Notes: generated by a model from the letters alone, not told the origin. A stretch of DNA of 64,000 bases from Chrysomallon squamiferum (GCA_012295275.1 CM022674.1:4030001-4094000); one strand, 5' to 3'. Positions 35,877-49,628 are shown, counted from the stretch's first letter. Made by a program: numbers and translations.

Positions 35877-36273
35877 AGATCATAGAGAAAAGAATCCCTG
35901 ACGTCACAATGAATGACGTCATAACGATTGTCTTCAAAATTCACGATGTTCAAAGATTATAAACAACGCGTTTTGTAAATAATTGTCGCAGTTTTGAAAA
36001 GTAACAGGCAAAAATTCATTTGATTTCGTTTCTGTAAGTACTAATATTTATTACGTTTTGTAGCGAAAGTAAATTGAAAAGGATAAACAGAATAATAATA
36101 GATTTATTAGAGAACGAGTGAAATAACATTAACAGCATTGGTGCAACTAGCAGTGATAATGTCCATATAACGATGCTGATGGTAATAATACATTAGTGAC
36201 ATCAGTAAAAGTGACAGTAGTCGTGGTGGTTTCAGTAGCATAGTGGTAGTGGTGGTGTAGTGATAGTACACTA
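35877..36273 (+). repeat. Left arm of ~400-bp inverted repeat flanking CA-D
   Basis: Reverse complement of ~46557-46972 with only scattered mismatches; carries TGACGTCA at 35899 and 35914. Confidence 0.92.
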
Positions 36274-36540
36274 TGTATTATATTTGATAGACTGAAAGGC
36301 AAATTCTTTATTTCACCTCGCAAACAGATTAAAATAGAATTCAACAATAATATGGTTAACACAGCAAACGAATATATATATATTTAATTTATATAATTAA
36401 ACTTTTAAAGTATCACCGAACGTTTCAAAATCGTATGCACTAAGATGACTATACAGTCTACTAGTACACAGTGAAAAACTTGCGTTCACTAACACTGCCC
36501 ATTTCTATTAATTATCATTTTATCATGAAATTGAAATTCT

Positions 36541-37866
36541 TTAGTTAACGGATGATCTTATTTTTCGCGAACCCAGCGGATGTTGAGGCCGGAAGTTATC
36601 CAAAATGTGTTTTCCTTCGCTTTCTCCAGAGCACAGTTCTCGAAGAGCGTTCAACTGAAAGAAACGAAAACGTATTTTATTACTACTATTACTACTACAA
36701 CCACTACTACTACTGCTACTACTACTACTGCTACTACTACTGCTGGTACTACTACTACAACGACTGCTACTAGTACTTCAATAACTACCATTACAACTAC
36801 TACTACTACTAAGTGAATTATTTTTATTTAATCCTCCTCCTCATGATGATGATGATGATGATCATCATCATCATCGTTATTACAAATATAAAGTGTATGA
36901 ATAAATGTTTTTATATCTAAAGAAAAACATTTAAAAAGGACAAAGAAATAAACATTATAAATAAATTGGCAAAATATTTCCATTTCGAAAGACGCCGGAA
37001 AAACAGCTTTAGAAAACAGATTCGTAGACAGAACTCAAAATAAAATTCAACGTTCAAAACTGTGGCCTGCTTGTAGTAGGACAAAAACAATCACCTGATC
37101 TTCTGAAATGTCCACAGCTTCGTAAAAGACAATCCACGCGATGCTTTCTGAATAAGGGGGCGTGGTCAAAGAACCATGATACGTCCAATAGCTGCTGGTA
37201 TTTTCTGAAAGAAACAATAACGTTATTTCAACATGCAAACGAGTCTGGCAGGTAACTGAAATATTCATGAACTAAGATAAATGCATAAAAGGGGGCGTGG
37301 TCAAATAACCATGAGATATGTCCAACAGCTTAATGCTTTGTGTTTATTATGAAATAAGCCACTTTCAAATATGCAGATGATTAAAAGATTCATGAATTAA
37401 GATAAAAACCTTGAAGTGTGATTCAAAATAAGTCCACAATCAGGTTTCGTGGATATTCAATGGGTTCTCGTTTACACGAATTTCGAAATACGTGAAATTG
37501 TAACTGAAGAAATCCATAAAATCAAATTCAAAATTTACATTCAGCGGTTATGTTGATTATGTCAGAAAGTACTGTATTCTTTTCCCGTGTTGTTTCCTAT
37601 GACTGTGTCGGTGCGTGGGTGCACTGCGTATATGTGTGTTTGTCTGTGTCTGTCTCAGTCTGTGTGTGTGTGTGTCTGTGTGTGTGTACATGTAAATATA
37701 CTTACTAGGTAACAGACACAGAGGGTTAAATTCGTGTTCCAGGTGCACTACGCTGTTTTTGTATTTTATCATATTCAGATGATCAGTGATCACTTTAAAC
37801 TCGGGGTGTTCTTTTCCCACCTGCAATGTAGTTTATTAAATAATTTTATCTATCTAGCTAAATGTT

Positions 37867-37897
<31 letters not shown>

Positions 37898-37947
37898 TTG
37901 TATGTATGTATGTATGCATGTATGTACGTACGTAGCTATACAATTGA

Positions 37948-38001
<54 letters not shown>

Positions 38002-38002
38002 T

Positions 38003-38057
<55 letters not shown>

Positions 38058-38226
38058 CATAGATAGGTAGACAGATATTATACAAATATATAGATAGAAA
38101 TACATAAACACACATACAGAAACACATACACACACACACATATATATACATACATACACACACACTCACACACAAATATATATATATATATTTTTTTTTC
38201 TACATTTTTGACACACAAATATGTTT

Positions 38227-38271
<45 letters not shown>

Positions 38272-38482
38272 ATATATATTTCAGTAAATTAATTCTGGTA
38301 TTTTAAAAATTAAGATAATAACTAACTAAATAATAAAATACTTACATTGAAGAAAATTGCTAACACAGATAATCCATCGTGTTTCTCCACGGCTTCGTTA
38401 AAACTGCCATACCTGTCCTGATTCCAGTGTACCAGATGTAGCTAATAATAACAATAACAATAACAATAACAATAATAATAAC

Positions 38483-38547
<65 letters not shown>

Positions 38548-38551
38548 CAAC

Positions 38552-38613
<62 letters not shown>

Positions 38614-38939
38614 TAATAATAATAATAATAATAATAACAACAACAATAATAATAATAATAATAATAACAACAATAATAATAATAACAACGACGATGAAGA
38701 CGATGATTATGATAGCAAGAACAAAATAACAATAATAAAAATAATAGTAACAATAATAATAATGATAACGATGATGATGATGATGACAACAGCAACAAAT
38801 AAATAAATAATAGTAAGAAGATAAAAAATAAAGAAAAGAAAGAAAGAAATGAACTATGAATTTTGACCATTAAGCGTATTCCGACGGTTCGAAAATATTC
38901 ACACAATTTCCGACCTAACATGTTGTGATAATTCAAATG

Positions 38940-38975
<36 letters not shown>

Positions 38976-39409
38976 AAAAAAAAAAAAAACAAACAAAAAA
39001 ACAACAACAAAAAAACATCCCGAAATATATATATATATATATATATAAGCTCAAAAAGAGGAAGAAGACGTGACAACCAATGAGAAACCATTATTATAAT
39101 CACGTGACTATCTCTTTTTTTTTTCTTTTTTTTTTATCAACAATGGTAACGGCGGAAGAATACTTATGCGTGACTTCCTCTTTAAACGTACTATATTATC
39201 ACAGTTGTGGTGGATGAATACTAAGAAAACAGTCCCACCTCAGCGCTGAACCTGTGGCCGTTGAGGCTGTGTTCCGAGCCACATTCGTCAGTAGAACCCC
39301 AGTGGTAGTGAAACTGGGCGAGTCTGTACTTGTACTGCAACGGCCCTCCAGAGATTGCTGAAATAAATATATATATATAATATATACACACATATAGACA
39401 CATACAGAC

Positions 39410-39466
<57 letters not shown>

Positions 39467-39673
39467 TACAGACATACACTTTTTCTTCACGAAAGAAAAA
39501 CACAAGTGCCCGTTCTTTCTTTTCGCGGATATATATATATACAGGGTGGTCCAAAAATAGGTGGACAGTAAATGATAACATTTATTTTGAGATTACATTT
39601 ACAATTAAATTTACTAATACAATTATTACATTGACAATTAATATTAACCACCCACCCACCACACACACACACA

Positions 39674-39751
<78 letters not shown>

Positions 39752-40403
39752 GTCACACACACTCAAAACAACAACAAAAATTCGTATATCTGTTATTTTG
39801 TACATGTTAGTGTATTTTGTTGGTGGATAAATGTATATCGGTAGTTAGGTAGGTATGAAGATATGTAGTTATGTAGCTTATACGGACATGCATGCATATG
39901 TATGTATGTATACGTACGTACAAACGTATGTAATACAAGTATGCATGTATGTGTTTATGAATGTATATGATTTATATGTATTTAGAAATCTGTAAAAAAA
40001 AAAAAAAACATAATTGTAGTTGGTAGTGGTGGTAGTAGTAGTAGCAGCAGTAGTAAGTAATAAATAAATAAATAAATAAATAACGCTAACATATTACATA
40101 CTTGAAGCCTCTTTAATTTTGATTCGGATTGTCGAGCCGACGTTAATAATCTCGAGATTCTTTTCTGGCAGGTAGTCAATAACCAATGGTTTGACCCCAA
40201 GCTTAGGGTCATAGGTCACGCCATCTAGCTCGATATCGATTGGCGACTGCTCTAGACCTTCTGCATGTTCCACCGGGTCTTTGCACGAGCACTCCCCTAA
40301 ATAGGTATAATTAAATTAATTCAAAATGAGACAACAACAGATGAGACGTTAATATAGCAGACGGTGGCTGCCTCATTAACGCCGTAGCTATTTATGATTA
40401 ATT

Positions 40404-40455
<52 letters not shown>

Positions 40456-41038
40456 GGAAGACGAGAAAGAGATATGCTTTATTTGCTAAATGTTATCGCT
40501 CGAATGACGAAAGTTAAGAACGTGGCAACCAAATGTATTCTGTCACGTCATGCTCATTTACGTCACATATTAAGACGGTCTGCGTTATGTCATAGGCACT
40601 GATCTGATTTTGCTTTGTCATTCTTCCGCCGTGTACACACTAATGTACTTTTCATTATCGTTTTAAATCAGTAGACATAAACACTGCAACAGTAGTATGC
40701 TAATACCCAACTCTAAAGACGATTTTTCAAATAAATAAATAATATTCACCGGAGTAGCTCTTAAGTTAGTTGCTGTTGATGAGGGTGGTGGTGATGAAAA
40801 ATATTTATAATACTGGTTTGGTTCTACAAAATCAGTGTTTTTGTTTTTTGTTTTTGTTTTTGTTTTTTGTTTTTTTTTTTTTTTTTTGTTCTTTTTTGTG
40901 TTTTTTTTGTTGTTTGTTTTTTTTTTTTCTGTTTTTTTTTTGTTTTTAATATGTCTTGTTAGTTTGTTTTTTTTGTTGTTGTTGTTGAAGTTTTCAAAAT
41001 AATAAACAAAAAATATATTAAAATATATATATATTGAA

Positions 41039-41069
<31 letters not shown>

Positions 41070-42887
41070 CTATTCAAATTACGTTTTTCAAAATAGCCCC
41101 CCCCCAAAAAAAAATGTATAAAAATACATAATAATACTTTAAATTATTATTGTTGTTGTTGTTGTTGTTAAAATATTTAAAATAAAAAAATTAAAATAAA
41201 AATAAATAAATTACTGATTTCTAAGAGAACAATTTTTTCTGTGAACTTTTAGCGGAGTCTCCCGTTTGATGATATTTCTATTTAATCAGAAGATCTCCGA
41301 GCTACAAAAATCTACACGGTGCAGTGTTTATGCTTCATTTTACACAAGTGCTACACGATTATCGATTAGGAATCGAGAACAAACAAAAAAGCAGACATGC
41401 GTGCGAATCAGAACGAAAACACAATCAGTGGTTATTTTCAACAGCAGAGTAACCATACTGGCTTACCGTACTTAACATAGTAATAAGGAGACAATCTCAT
41501 TTGTGTCTGTGTTTAAAATAAATTTAAAAAAAAATATATAATAATAACAATAACAATTAAATGTAAAAGACAAAAGAAATGACACTATTATATGCTAGCA
41601 AAGCGACAAGTTTGTTTAAAAAGCGGAAAAAAAAAAAAAAAGAAGAAGAAAAGTGGTAAAAAGGTGAAGAATTGGTTTCCGTTATTTTCAACATTGCAAT
41701 AAAGAAAATCATTTACCGTGTTTAACATAGTATTCTGTCGCGACTATTTGCTTTCACTGAGTGCAGAGAAATGTACTTAATGCAGTTAAACTCGAATTCA
41801 TTTTTTATCTTTTTTCTTTCTTCTTCTTCGTCAGTGAAGAAAAAAGAAGAGAGCCCACTATAAACAAATTCGTTTACTGTGTTTAACGTAATAACTGACT
41901 ATAATAGTTGTCATCAAGGAAAATATAGTGGTACCTCGACTTACGAGTTTAATTCGTTCCGTGACCGAGATCGTAACTCAATTTGCTCGTATATCAAATC
42001 AATTTTCCCAAATGAAATTAATTGAAATACCATTAATCCGTTCCAGCCTCCCCCACAAACCACCCCAATTTTTTTTTTAAATAAGAAAAAATATATTTAT
42101 AAATGACAAATATTGTAAAAAAAAACAAAATAAAAGAGACTGTAAAGAAATAAATTGGTTTTGTAAAGTGTATTTATCTTGGAGATCAGACAAATTATTT
42201 TAACGCCTTTGGCTGGAGTTACATCCTTTATCGACTCCTTCTGCTTCGGTGTGGTACTACGCTCGTACTGCCTAGCCAAATCGATTGTATTCACAACTCG
42301 CTCATGTTTCTCTATGATTTCATTCTTTAATTCAATTCACATCATCTTCTTCTTCTCAGCACTGTCCTTTCAACTCGCTTTCTTACGATCCATGGTGAGA
42401 AAAAAAGAAAAGAAATTTGGCAAAACACAACACAACAGAGATGCATCCATGGCCAGGTAACCACGTGATGTGAACGAGTGAGACGCGGGATGCTGGTCGT
42501 ATGTTGTGTTGTTCGTTTCGCCAACTAGCAGCGGCATATCTGAAGCTCGCTCGTAACTCGGGTTTTGGCTGGCAACTCAAAGCAAAAAATCGACCAATCG
42601 AGTGCTCGTAACTCGAAAAACTCGTAAGTTGGGCACTCGTAAGTCGAGGTTCCACTGTATTTAGTACAAAGTAACTCGTAATAATTTATTGTTGGCTAAC
42701 ATTATACTGAAGTATATCAGTAGTATTATATTTTTTCTATTCTTTAAATATATGCTAATCATCTACCTAACGCCTACATTCTTTAAAAATATTTTCTTTC
42801 AGTTTTTTAAATAATTATTTTTCTTTCTTTCTTTCTTTCTTTCTTTCTGTGTGTTGATGTGAATGTATGTTTAAGACAGAGGGACGG

Positions 42888-42976
<89 letters not shown>

Positions 42977-44533
42977 ATTATAATATAACTCTAAATATTG
43001 TTAGGAACTGTTTTACCCTCACTGATCGAGTTTTCAATTGTTGACTGTTTGGCGCGTTTCCTGTTGTTTTCATCGTCATTATTTTCTTTTTGAATCCTTT
43101 TTCGTTTTCTTTCTTTACTCGACATTCTACTTTCCTTTAAGCTTTTGAATGGTCAATTTATAAAGTTTATTTATGTCTATTTTTTAATTTATTTTTTTTT
43201 TTTTTTTCTTTATTTTTCAAAAACGATATCTTCACCAAACCTTTCTTCTGGTTTTTTTTTTTTTTTTAATAATTGTATTAACGTACACTTTTTCTTCACG
43301 AAAGAAAAACACAAGTGCCCGTTCTTTCTTTTCGCGGATCCATTCAGACCCAAAGTTTCTGGTGATCTAATGGAATCTGTTAACCACCTCTTAGAAAACT
43401 AACGAGGAGAAAACTGTTTTGCGCAGTTTATGTAACAGATCCTATTTCAGGCACTTGCCATTTCAAGTTCCGAAAATCTCTCGGGAAATCAGACACGAAC
43501 TACTGCTTTGAGGTCAACAAAAATCACGTGCCAAGCTGCCCACTCGATGTTAAGCTTATTAAAGAGATCTATATTCCAATGATCACAGACACCAGTGACA
43601 ACAGCAGGCAAGCTTCTCCTTTTAGTTTAGGTCATCAACGGATATCATTGGTACACCATTCAGGTGAACAGACAACGGTAGCAAAACAGACGTCCCTCTA
43701 GTAACAGAAATCACGCGCCTGAACCTCCGACACGTTTGACTGATTATTCAATAAACAACGAACTAAAAAGCAACAACATCACAGAACGGTTTCCTATGCA
43801 TACTGGCGGGACGTCATTAGCTTTCTCCACACAGCCAGTATCTGTATCTATATCTATATATATATATATCGATATCGAATATCCACGACAAAACAAAAAT
43901 ATAGAAGTCCCACGCGCGAAGCCTAGAAATGTGACGCACAGAGAGGGAGACACGTAAGGACTTAGCAGGTAAATTACTAGTCGTGTCTGCGTAGATCAGT
44001 GTACACGTAGCAGCAAAACAAACTAGGTTCATTTACATGCTCGTGTGATAGAACAACGTCACATAACCAGCAGCGTATAATAGAGTGACACGAGGAAGGC
44101 TGTCTTGACAATACCAGCTGACGTGCATGAAATACAATTACAGGCATATCATATTGCAGTATCATATATATATATATCAGGTTACATGTCTTTTGTGCTT
44201 ATTTATGTATATTATCGATGTATTTCCTGGGGTGTTTTTTGTTTGTTAATAAATGGTGTTTTGTTTACTATAGTTGTTTCTGTCTTTTATTTGTTGTCAG
44301 TGTTGAAGATGGTGCAGGTTTTATTTTTTGTTGCAATTGTTGTTGTTGTTGTTGTTGTTCATCTTCTTCTTGTTCTTCTTTTTTTACTTCTTCTTCTTCT
44401 TCTTCTTCTTCTTATTATTATTATTAAAGGGTAGTTGTTAGTATAGTAGTAATAATAGAAGTAGTAGCTTTAACAGAATTAGTACTTATTTTTCTTGTTT
44501 GTGCAGCACAGATAAAGTAGTAGTCTGACTACA

Positions 44534-44585
<52 letters not shown>

Positions 44586-44627
44586 AATAATAATAATAAT
44601 AGAAATTTCAAACTTTAGATAATATCC

Positions 44628-44664
<37 letters not shown>

Positions 44665-44762
44665 ACGTAGACAATTTATAATCACATTTATTGATCAAAA
44701 TTGAAGTATATAATTTTGGCGACTGACTCCCTTTAAAATAATTGAAAATCAGCCAATTAGAA

Positions 44763-44802
<40 letters not shown>

Positions 44803-45588
44803 TGATTAGATTTGAACGATTGCCAGTAATAACTTCAGTCATGTTGGCTTCATCACTGATGAAGCCAAAGGATCGCGCTGAAGATATTTTCGTCGGTTTT
44901 CAAATATTTATAAAAATTAGTCTAGAATCTGAGCAAGCCTAAAATTATAAATCCTGAAATCCTTTTTTTTTTTGTGTTTTTTTGTTAGTTATACAATTAT
45001 CCTGTTTCGATACAATGCATTTCATTCTATATTCGTAAATGGGATCTGCAGTTTCTGTCTCTACCAGTCTGTTAATCATTTTATCCGATGTTTACATCTC
45101 GGAACAAAATAATAATCTTAGTTTATACATTATTGATTTCATGATCGGATGTCCGATTTCATGATGGGTAGTAGTTAAGCTGGGAAGATTTTGCTAATAC
45201 AGTATTGATTTCATGACCGGATGTCCGATTTCATGATGGTTAGTAACCCGAACCTGAATGATTTAAGCTGGGGAGATTAGCTTAACTGCGTCATCAAATG
45301 CTTAGAATTTGCCAGCTCTGTATTCTTACTATGATGCGGAAAGCGCAGTCTGTTTATAAAACAACCTGTCTCGTTTATTAATCAAATAATTATTGATTCG
45401 ATATTTAGAAGCATAAACGCACTAAACTCCAGTAATACTTTGAAAAGCGGTACATTTCTTTAGTACTGATAAATAAAATTTTTAGGCAAGAAAAAAAATT
45501 AAAAAAAAAAAAAAAAAATTAAATTAATATAATTATTGTTATACTCACCATGATCTTCGCTATATGAAAGACTCAAGCTGCGCAGCAT
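36541..45588 (-). CDS. Alpha-carbonic anhydrase copy D, divergent cytosolic type, 7 exons, 262 aa
   Basis: Exons 45588-45549 ([13 protein letters not shown]+G; same GTGGAACA-ATG context as copies A and C, in-frame TAA just upstream), 40296-40102, 39357-39239, 38441-38346, 37820-37706, 37204-37095, 36654-36541 total 789 nt. Exons 2-7 are the same sizes as in copy C. Motifs [36 protein letters not shown]. Confidence 0.92.
39475..39530 (+). repeat. 56-bp exact direct repeat (second copy 43284-43339)
   Basis: TACACTTTTTCTTCACGAAAGAAAAACACAAGTGCCCGTTCTTTCTTTTCGCGGAT occurs identically in CA-D introns 2 and 1. Confidence 0.9.
39540..39572 (+). mobile_element. Solo Tc1/mariner-like terminal repeat
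   Basis: TA-CAGGGTGGTCCAAAAATAGGTGGACAGT at the end of a (TA)n run; no partner end found. Confidence 0.4.
41926..42657 (-). mobile_element. Tigger/pogo-type non-autonomous DNA transposon with transposase N-terminal remnant
   Basis: TIRs TAGTGGTACCTCGACTTACGAG and CTCGTAAGTCGAGGTTCCACTG with TA on both sides (41924-41925, 42658-42659). The minus strand reads [65 protein letters not shown], a decayed CENP-B-type HTH. Confidence 0.88.
45131..45280 (+). repeat. ~70-bp tandem duplication
   Basis: ATTGATTTCATGA(T/C)CGGATGTCCGATTTCATGATGG(G/T)TAGTA...TAAGCTGGGA twice. Confidence 0.8.
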
Positions 45589-45730
45589 TGTTCCACCGCG
45601 CACTTAACCCAACACCGGTTCGTCACGTTCTGTCGCGCTCCGATACGAAAGAAAATCAGCCGACTGTAATAGAACCACGTGACCTCATTAAACAACGGAA
45701 AATAACCAGCGGCGAACCAAGTATCGGTTC

Positions 45731-45744
45731 TGGGGGGGCGGGGG
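45731..45744. promoter_or_regulatory. GC box upstream of CA-D
   Basis: GGGGGCGGGG ~145 bp upstream of the CA-D ATG within a CpG-rich patch (45575-45745). Confidence 0.4.
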
Positions 45745-46053
45745 TAAATTTGGATAACTACTTTCTTCGACATTTTAATGAATTGATGTATCTGATGCCA
45801 TTTTAATGAAACTAATCTTTCTCTCGAGACTAATCATTTTTTTAAATTAACATTTTCTGCAAAGACCTCTTCTGTAGGCTGAGATGCATTCGGTAAATAT
45901 AGACGTATACACCTGCAAACAATTTCGATAAGTTAATTTATAAATTTCAGGCTAAGATTAGAAAGATCGTCGACTTTATTTGTTTTGATTTGTTTTAATT
46001 TATTGATTAATTAATTTACTACTACTACTACTACTACTACTACTCCTACTACT

Positions 46054-46118
<65 letters not shown>

Positions 46119-46556
46119 GTTTTATTGTTATTGTTGTTTTTATTATTGATGATGACAATGATGATAATAAATAACTAAATAAAGAAAAGAAAAGAAAAGA
46201 AATTAAGTAAATAACTAAATTGGTAAACACAGGAATTTTATCAAGGTTGTCGCTAAACAAATAAATTTCATTAGAAAACCAAGCAGTGACGGTAGCCTAA
46301 GGAAAAATGTTGAGATTGTTCGTGTCGTCTGCGCCAATTATATTGATTTCCGGAAATGTGAAGCAGAGTCACGTGTCATCTCTGTTTTCGCAGAGCAAAC
46401 TGAGAACTTTCCTTATAATAAAGTAATGGTGAAAATGTGAATGATTTCTACTACATTTACTACTACTACAATATTATTATTATTACTACTATTTTCATGT
46501 ACACTACCATTACAAGTTTTTTGAAATGATGAAAATGTGAATTATTCTACTACATT

Positions 46557-46972
46557 TAGTACTGCTATCACTACACTACCACTACCACTATGCTATTGAT
46601 ACCACCACGACTACTGTCACTTTTACTGATGTCACTAATGTATTATTACCATCAGCATCGTTATATGGACATTATCACTGCTAGTTACACCAATGCTGTT
46701 ATTTCACTCGTTCTCTAATAAATGTATTATTTATCTGTTTATCCTTTTCAATTTGCTTTCGCTACAAAACGTAATAAATATTAGTACTTACAGAAACGAA
46801 ATCAAATGTATTTTTGCCTGTTGCTTTTCAAAACTGCGACAATTATTTACAAAACGCGTTATTTTTAATCTTTGAACATCGTGAATTTTGAAGACAATTG
46901 TTATGACGTCATTCATTGTGACGTCAGGGATTCTTATCTCTATGACGTCAGGGATTCTTATCTCTATGATCT
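46557..46972 (-). repeat. Right arm of ~400-bp inverted repeat flanking CA-D
   Basis: Reverse complement of 35877-36273. Contains an extra 24-bp tandem duplication (TGACGTCAGGGATTCTTATCTCTA x2), giving TGACGTCA at 46904, 46919 and 46943. Confidence 0.92.
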
Positions 46973-47005
46973 TTGTTGTTATCTGCACATCATCATACTC
47001 TCTCT

Positions 47006-47078
<73 letters not shown>

Positions 47079-47233
47079 GTTCGCACTGTCTCTATGTACG
47101 CATGTGCTTGCATATAATTAGACTGAAGCATATTATAACACACACACACACACGGACACAGAGTTTATATATAATCATAAACCGCCTATCAGTTTCTATA
47201 ATAATTATTTATTTTATAACAGTTCATTATCAG

Positions 47234-47276
<43 letters not shown>

Positions 47277-48202
47277 TATTTATTTCCACGAAGGGATCGT
47301 TAACTGTCATAACTGAAAACCATTAGCGTAACTTACGCAAAAAGTATTACCGAAGTCACCTCATGTAATTCTCTTATTTTCCATTAACGAAGCAAAGCCA
47401 TGCAGCTTACACGTGTATAAAACCATAAGCCACTAAGATTTCCTGCACAACAGTTCAATTACTTCGGCTACTACCCATCCCCTATATTTGTTTCAGGACC
47501 GCCGCTGAAATCAGTTTGCTCGTTTCCTTTCAGAACAAAAGTCTTTTCTCAGTTTACAGTTTTGTTATCTCTCTCTCTCTCTCGCTCGCTCTTCTCCTCT
47601 CTCGCTCTCGTTGTATCTCGTTATCTTACGAAACTGATAACACGCTTACTGGGGGAAAGTAACACACTTTCTACACTACAGCGTAACTGTTATGACAATA
47701 AAATTACTCTGTACTTACCCCCCACAGCATAAACTCTCTAGTCGGGACAGTTGAGGGTAATAACGTTCAAGAACCGCGCGTTATTTCCACTCTTCCATTT
47801 TCTTTTACACTCGCTTTTCTCTTTCGTTTTTCGCTTCGACCGCTCTCGATCGATCTCGCCAGTCTACGTGACTGACCTTGGCGAGGTCAACATTTCTCAC
47901 AAAACAGAGTCGGATCTATCTCCTGTCGATTTCAGCAGTTCGCCGAAATGTTCCGAAATCTCCGATATTTTATTGATGAGCGCTTAGACAGAGGTGTGTC
48001 TGGGACGGAATCGTTCAAAATGAACCGTTAAATAAGAAATCTTCCTTTTAGCCGCTGTTACACTTAATAATTATGTGCCGTTCCTGTAATTGTTGCGAGT
48101 TATTATTAATAATTTCTATTTGATTTATGAACAGAAACACACGTACGTACACACACACAAATATACACTTCTGTCTTTTTCTTTCTCTCTATTTCTTTAT
48201 AT

Positions 48203-48275
<73 letters not shown>

Positions 48276-48282
48276 GTTCTGT

Positions 48283-48319
<37 letters not shown>

Positions 48320-48622
48320 TACTCAATCACTTTCTTACTTCAATAATTATATCACTGTTTAGTTATCGGTTCATATGAGGTGCTTGTTCATGCGTTATTG
48401 ATCTGTCAATAGGATATATCGGATAGCGAGAGTGTGTAACTGGAATGTTTATGGCTGACAAAAGCGATTATGGAAAATCTTCAAGCAAATAGAGACGCGA
48501 AATTTGCAACAACAAACGTTTCGAAAATCCACAAAATCAATTAATGATACTGAACAATTTGGATGTTCTAGAATAGATTGCTAATAAATAATTGCAATGA
48601 TAGAGATAACACACACACACAC

Positions 48623-48709
<87 letters not shown>

Positions 48710-49068
48710 ATCGAGCCAAATGAAGGACTTTCCTTAGATGGTAATTAATTCAACTGCTGCAGAATAGATGTACTCATTAAGTTTCTTGAATATTTTCTTC
48801 CTTATTTTTTTCTATTATTCATTTTTTTTTTTTCCCATAAGATTAGCTAACGAAGAAAACATCAAATCGATGCCAATTTCCTTCTGATATAACAGAACCG
48901 TTGCCATTATCGTCAATAAAAACAACAAAAAACCCAACAACACAAATCAAATTTAAAAAACTCCAACTCAACAGGGAAGTGTTGCAGTGAAATAAGCAGC
49001 TCAGTTCTTTGTTAATTATATTTGTTTCATTATATAGGTTTGCGTTCGTGTGTATGATTGCGTCTGTG

Positions 49069-49132
<64 letters not shown>

Positions 49133-49628
49133 TGTGTGTATGGGAGGGGGAGAGAGGGTTTTGTGTGCCGTGGACGAATGTTTAAATCTGTAGCAAAACT
49201 CAGTGTGAATTCACCGCCCTGCTCAGCCGACTGTTAACAAAGCGACGTCTGTAACACAGCAGCGACCTCTGCTAGCCAAACGAATAGTCTAGCGTAGACG
49301 TGACTGATCGTGCACAAAGAGGACAGTCACACACCTACACACCCTGTCAAGTTACATCAAATCAGCGATACACGTTCTCAAGATATTCACAACGGCTGGG
49401 TGACTTGCAGAAAGACCTGTTAGATATATATATATATAGTCACATAGATACAGATATATATATAGAGATATACAGACGTATGCATATATACATACGTGCA
49501 TACATACATACACATAAGCATGAATGTACCTACATGCATATAGACAAACATGCCTGTCTACCTATCTACCTACACACACACACACAAACACACATACACA
49601 TAGATGCATGCATACATACATACATACA

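Noticed and set aside
38398-38996. Long poly-L/poly-Y ORFs and the many (SL)n, (ER)n, (CV)n, (HT)n ORFs across the window
   Set aside because: Translations of microsatellites with no coding signal.
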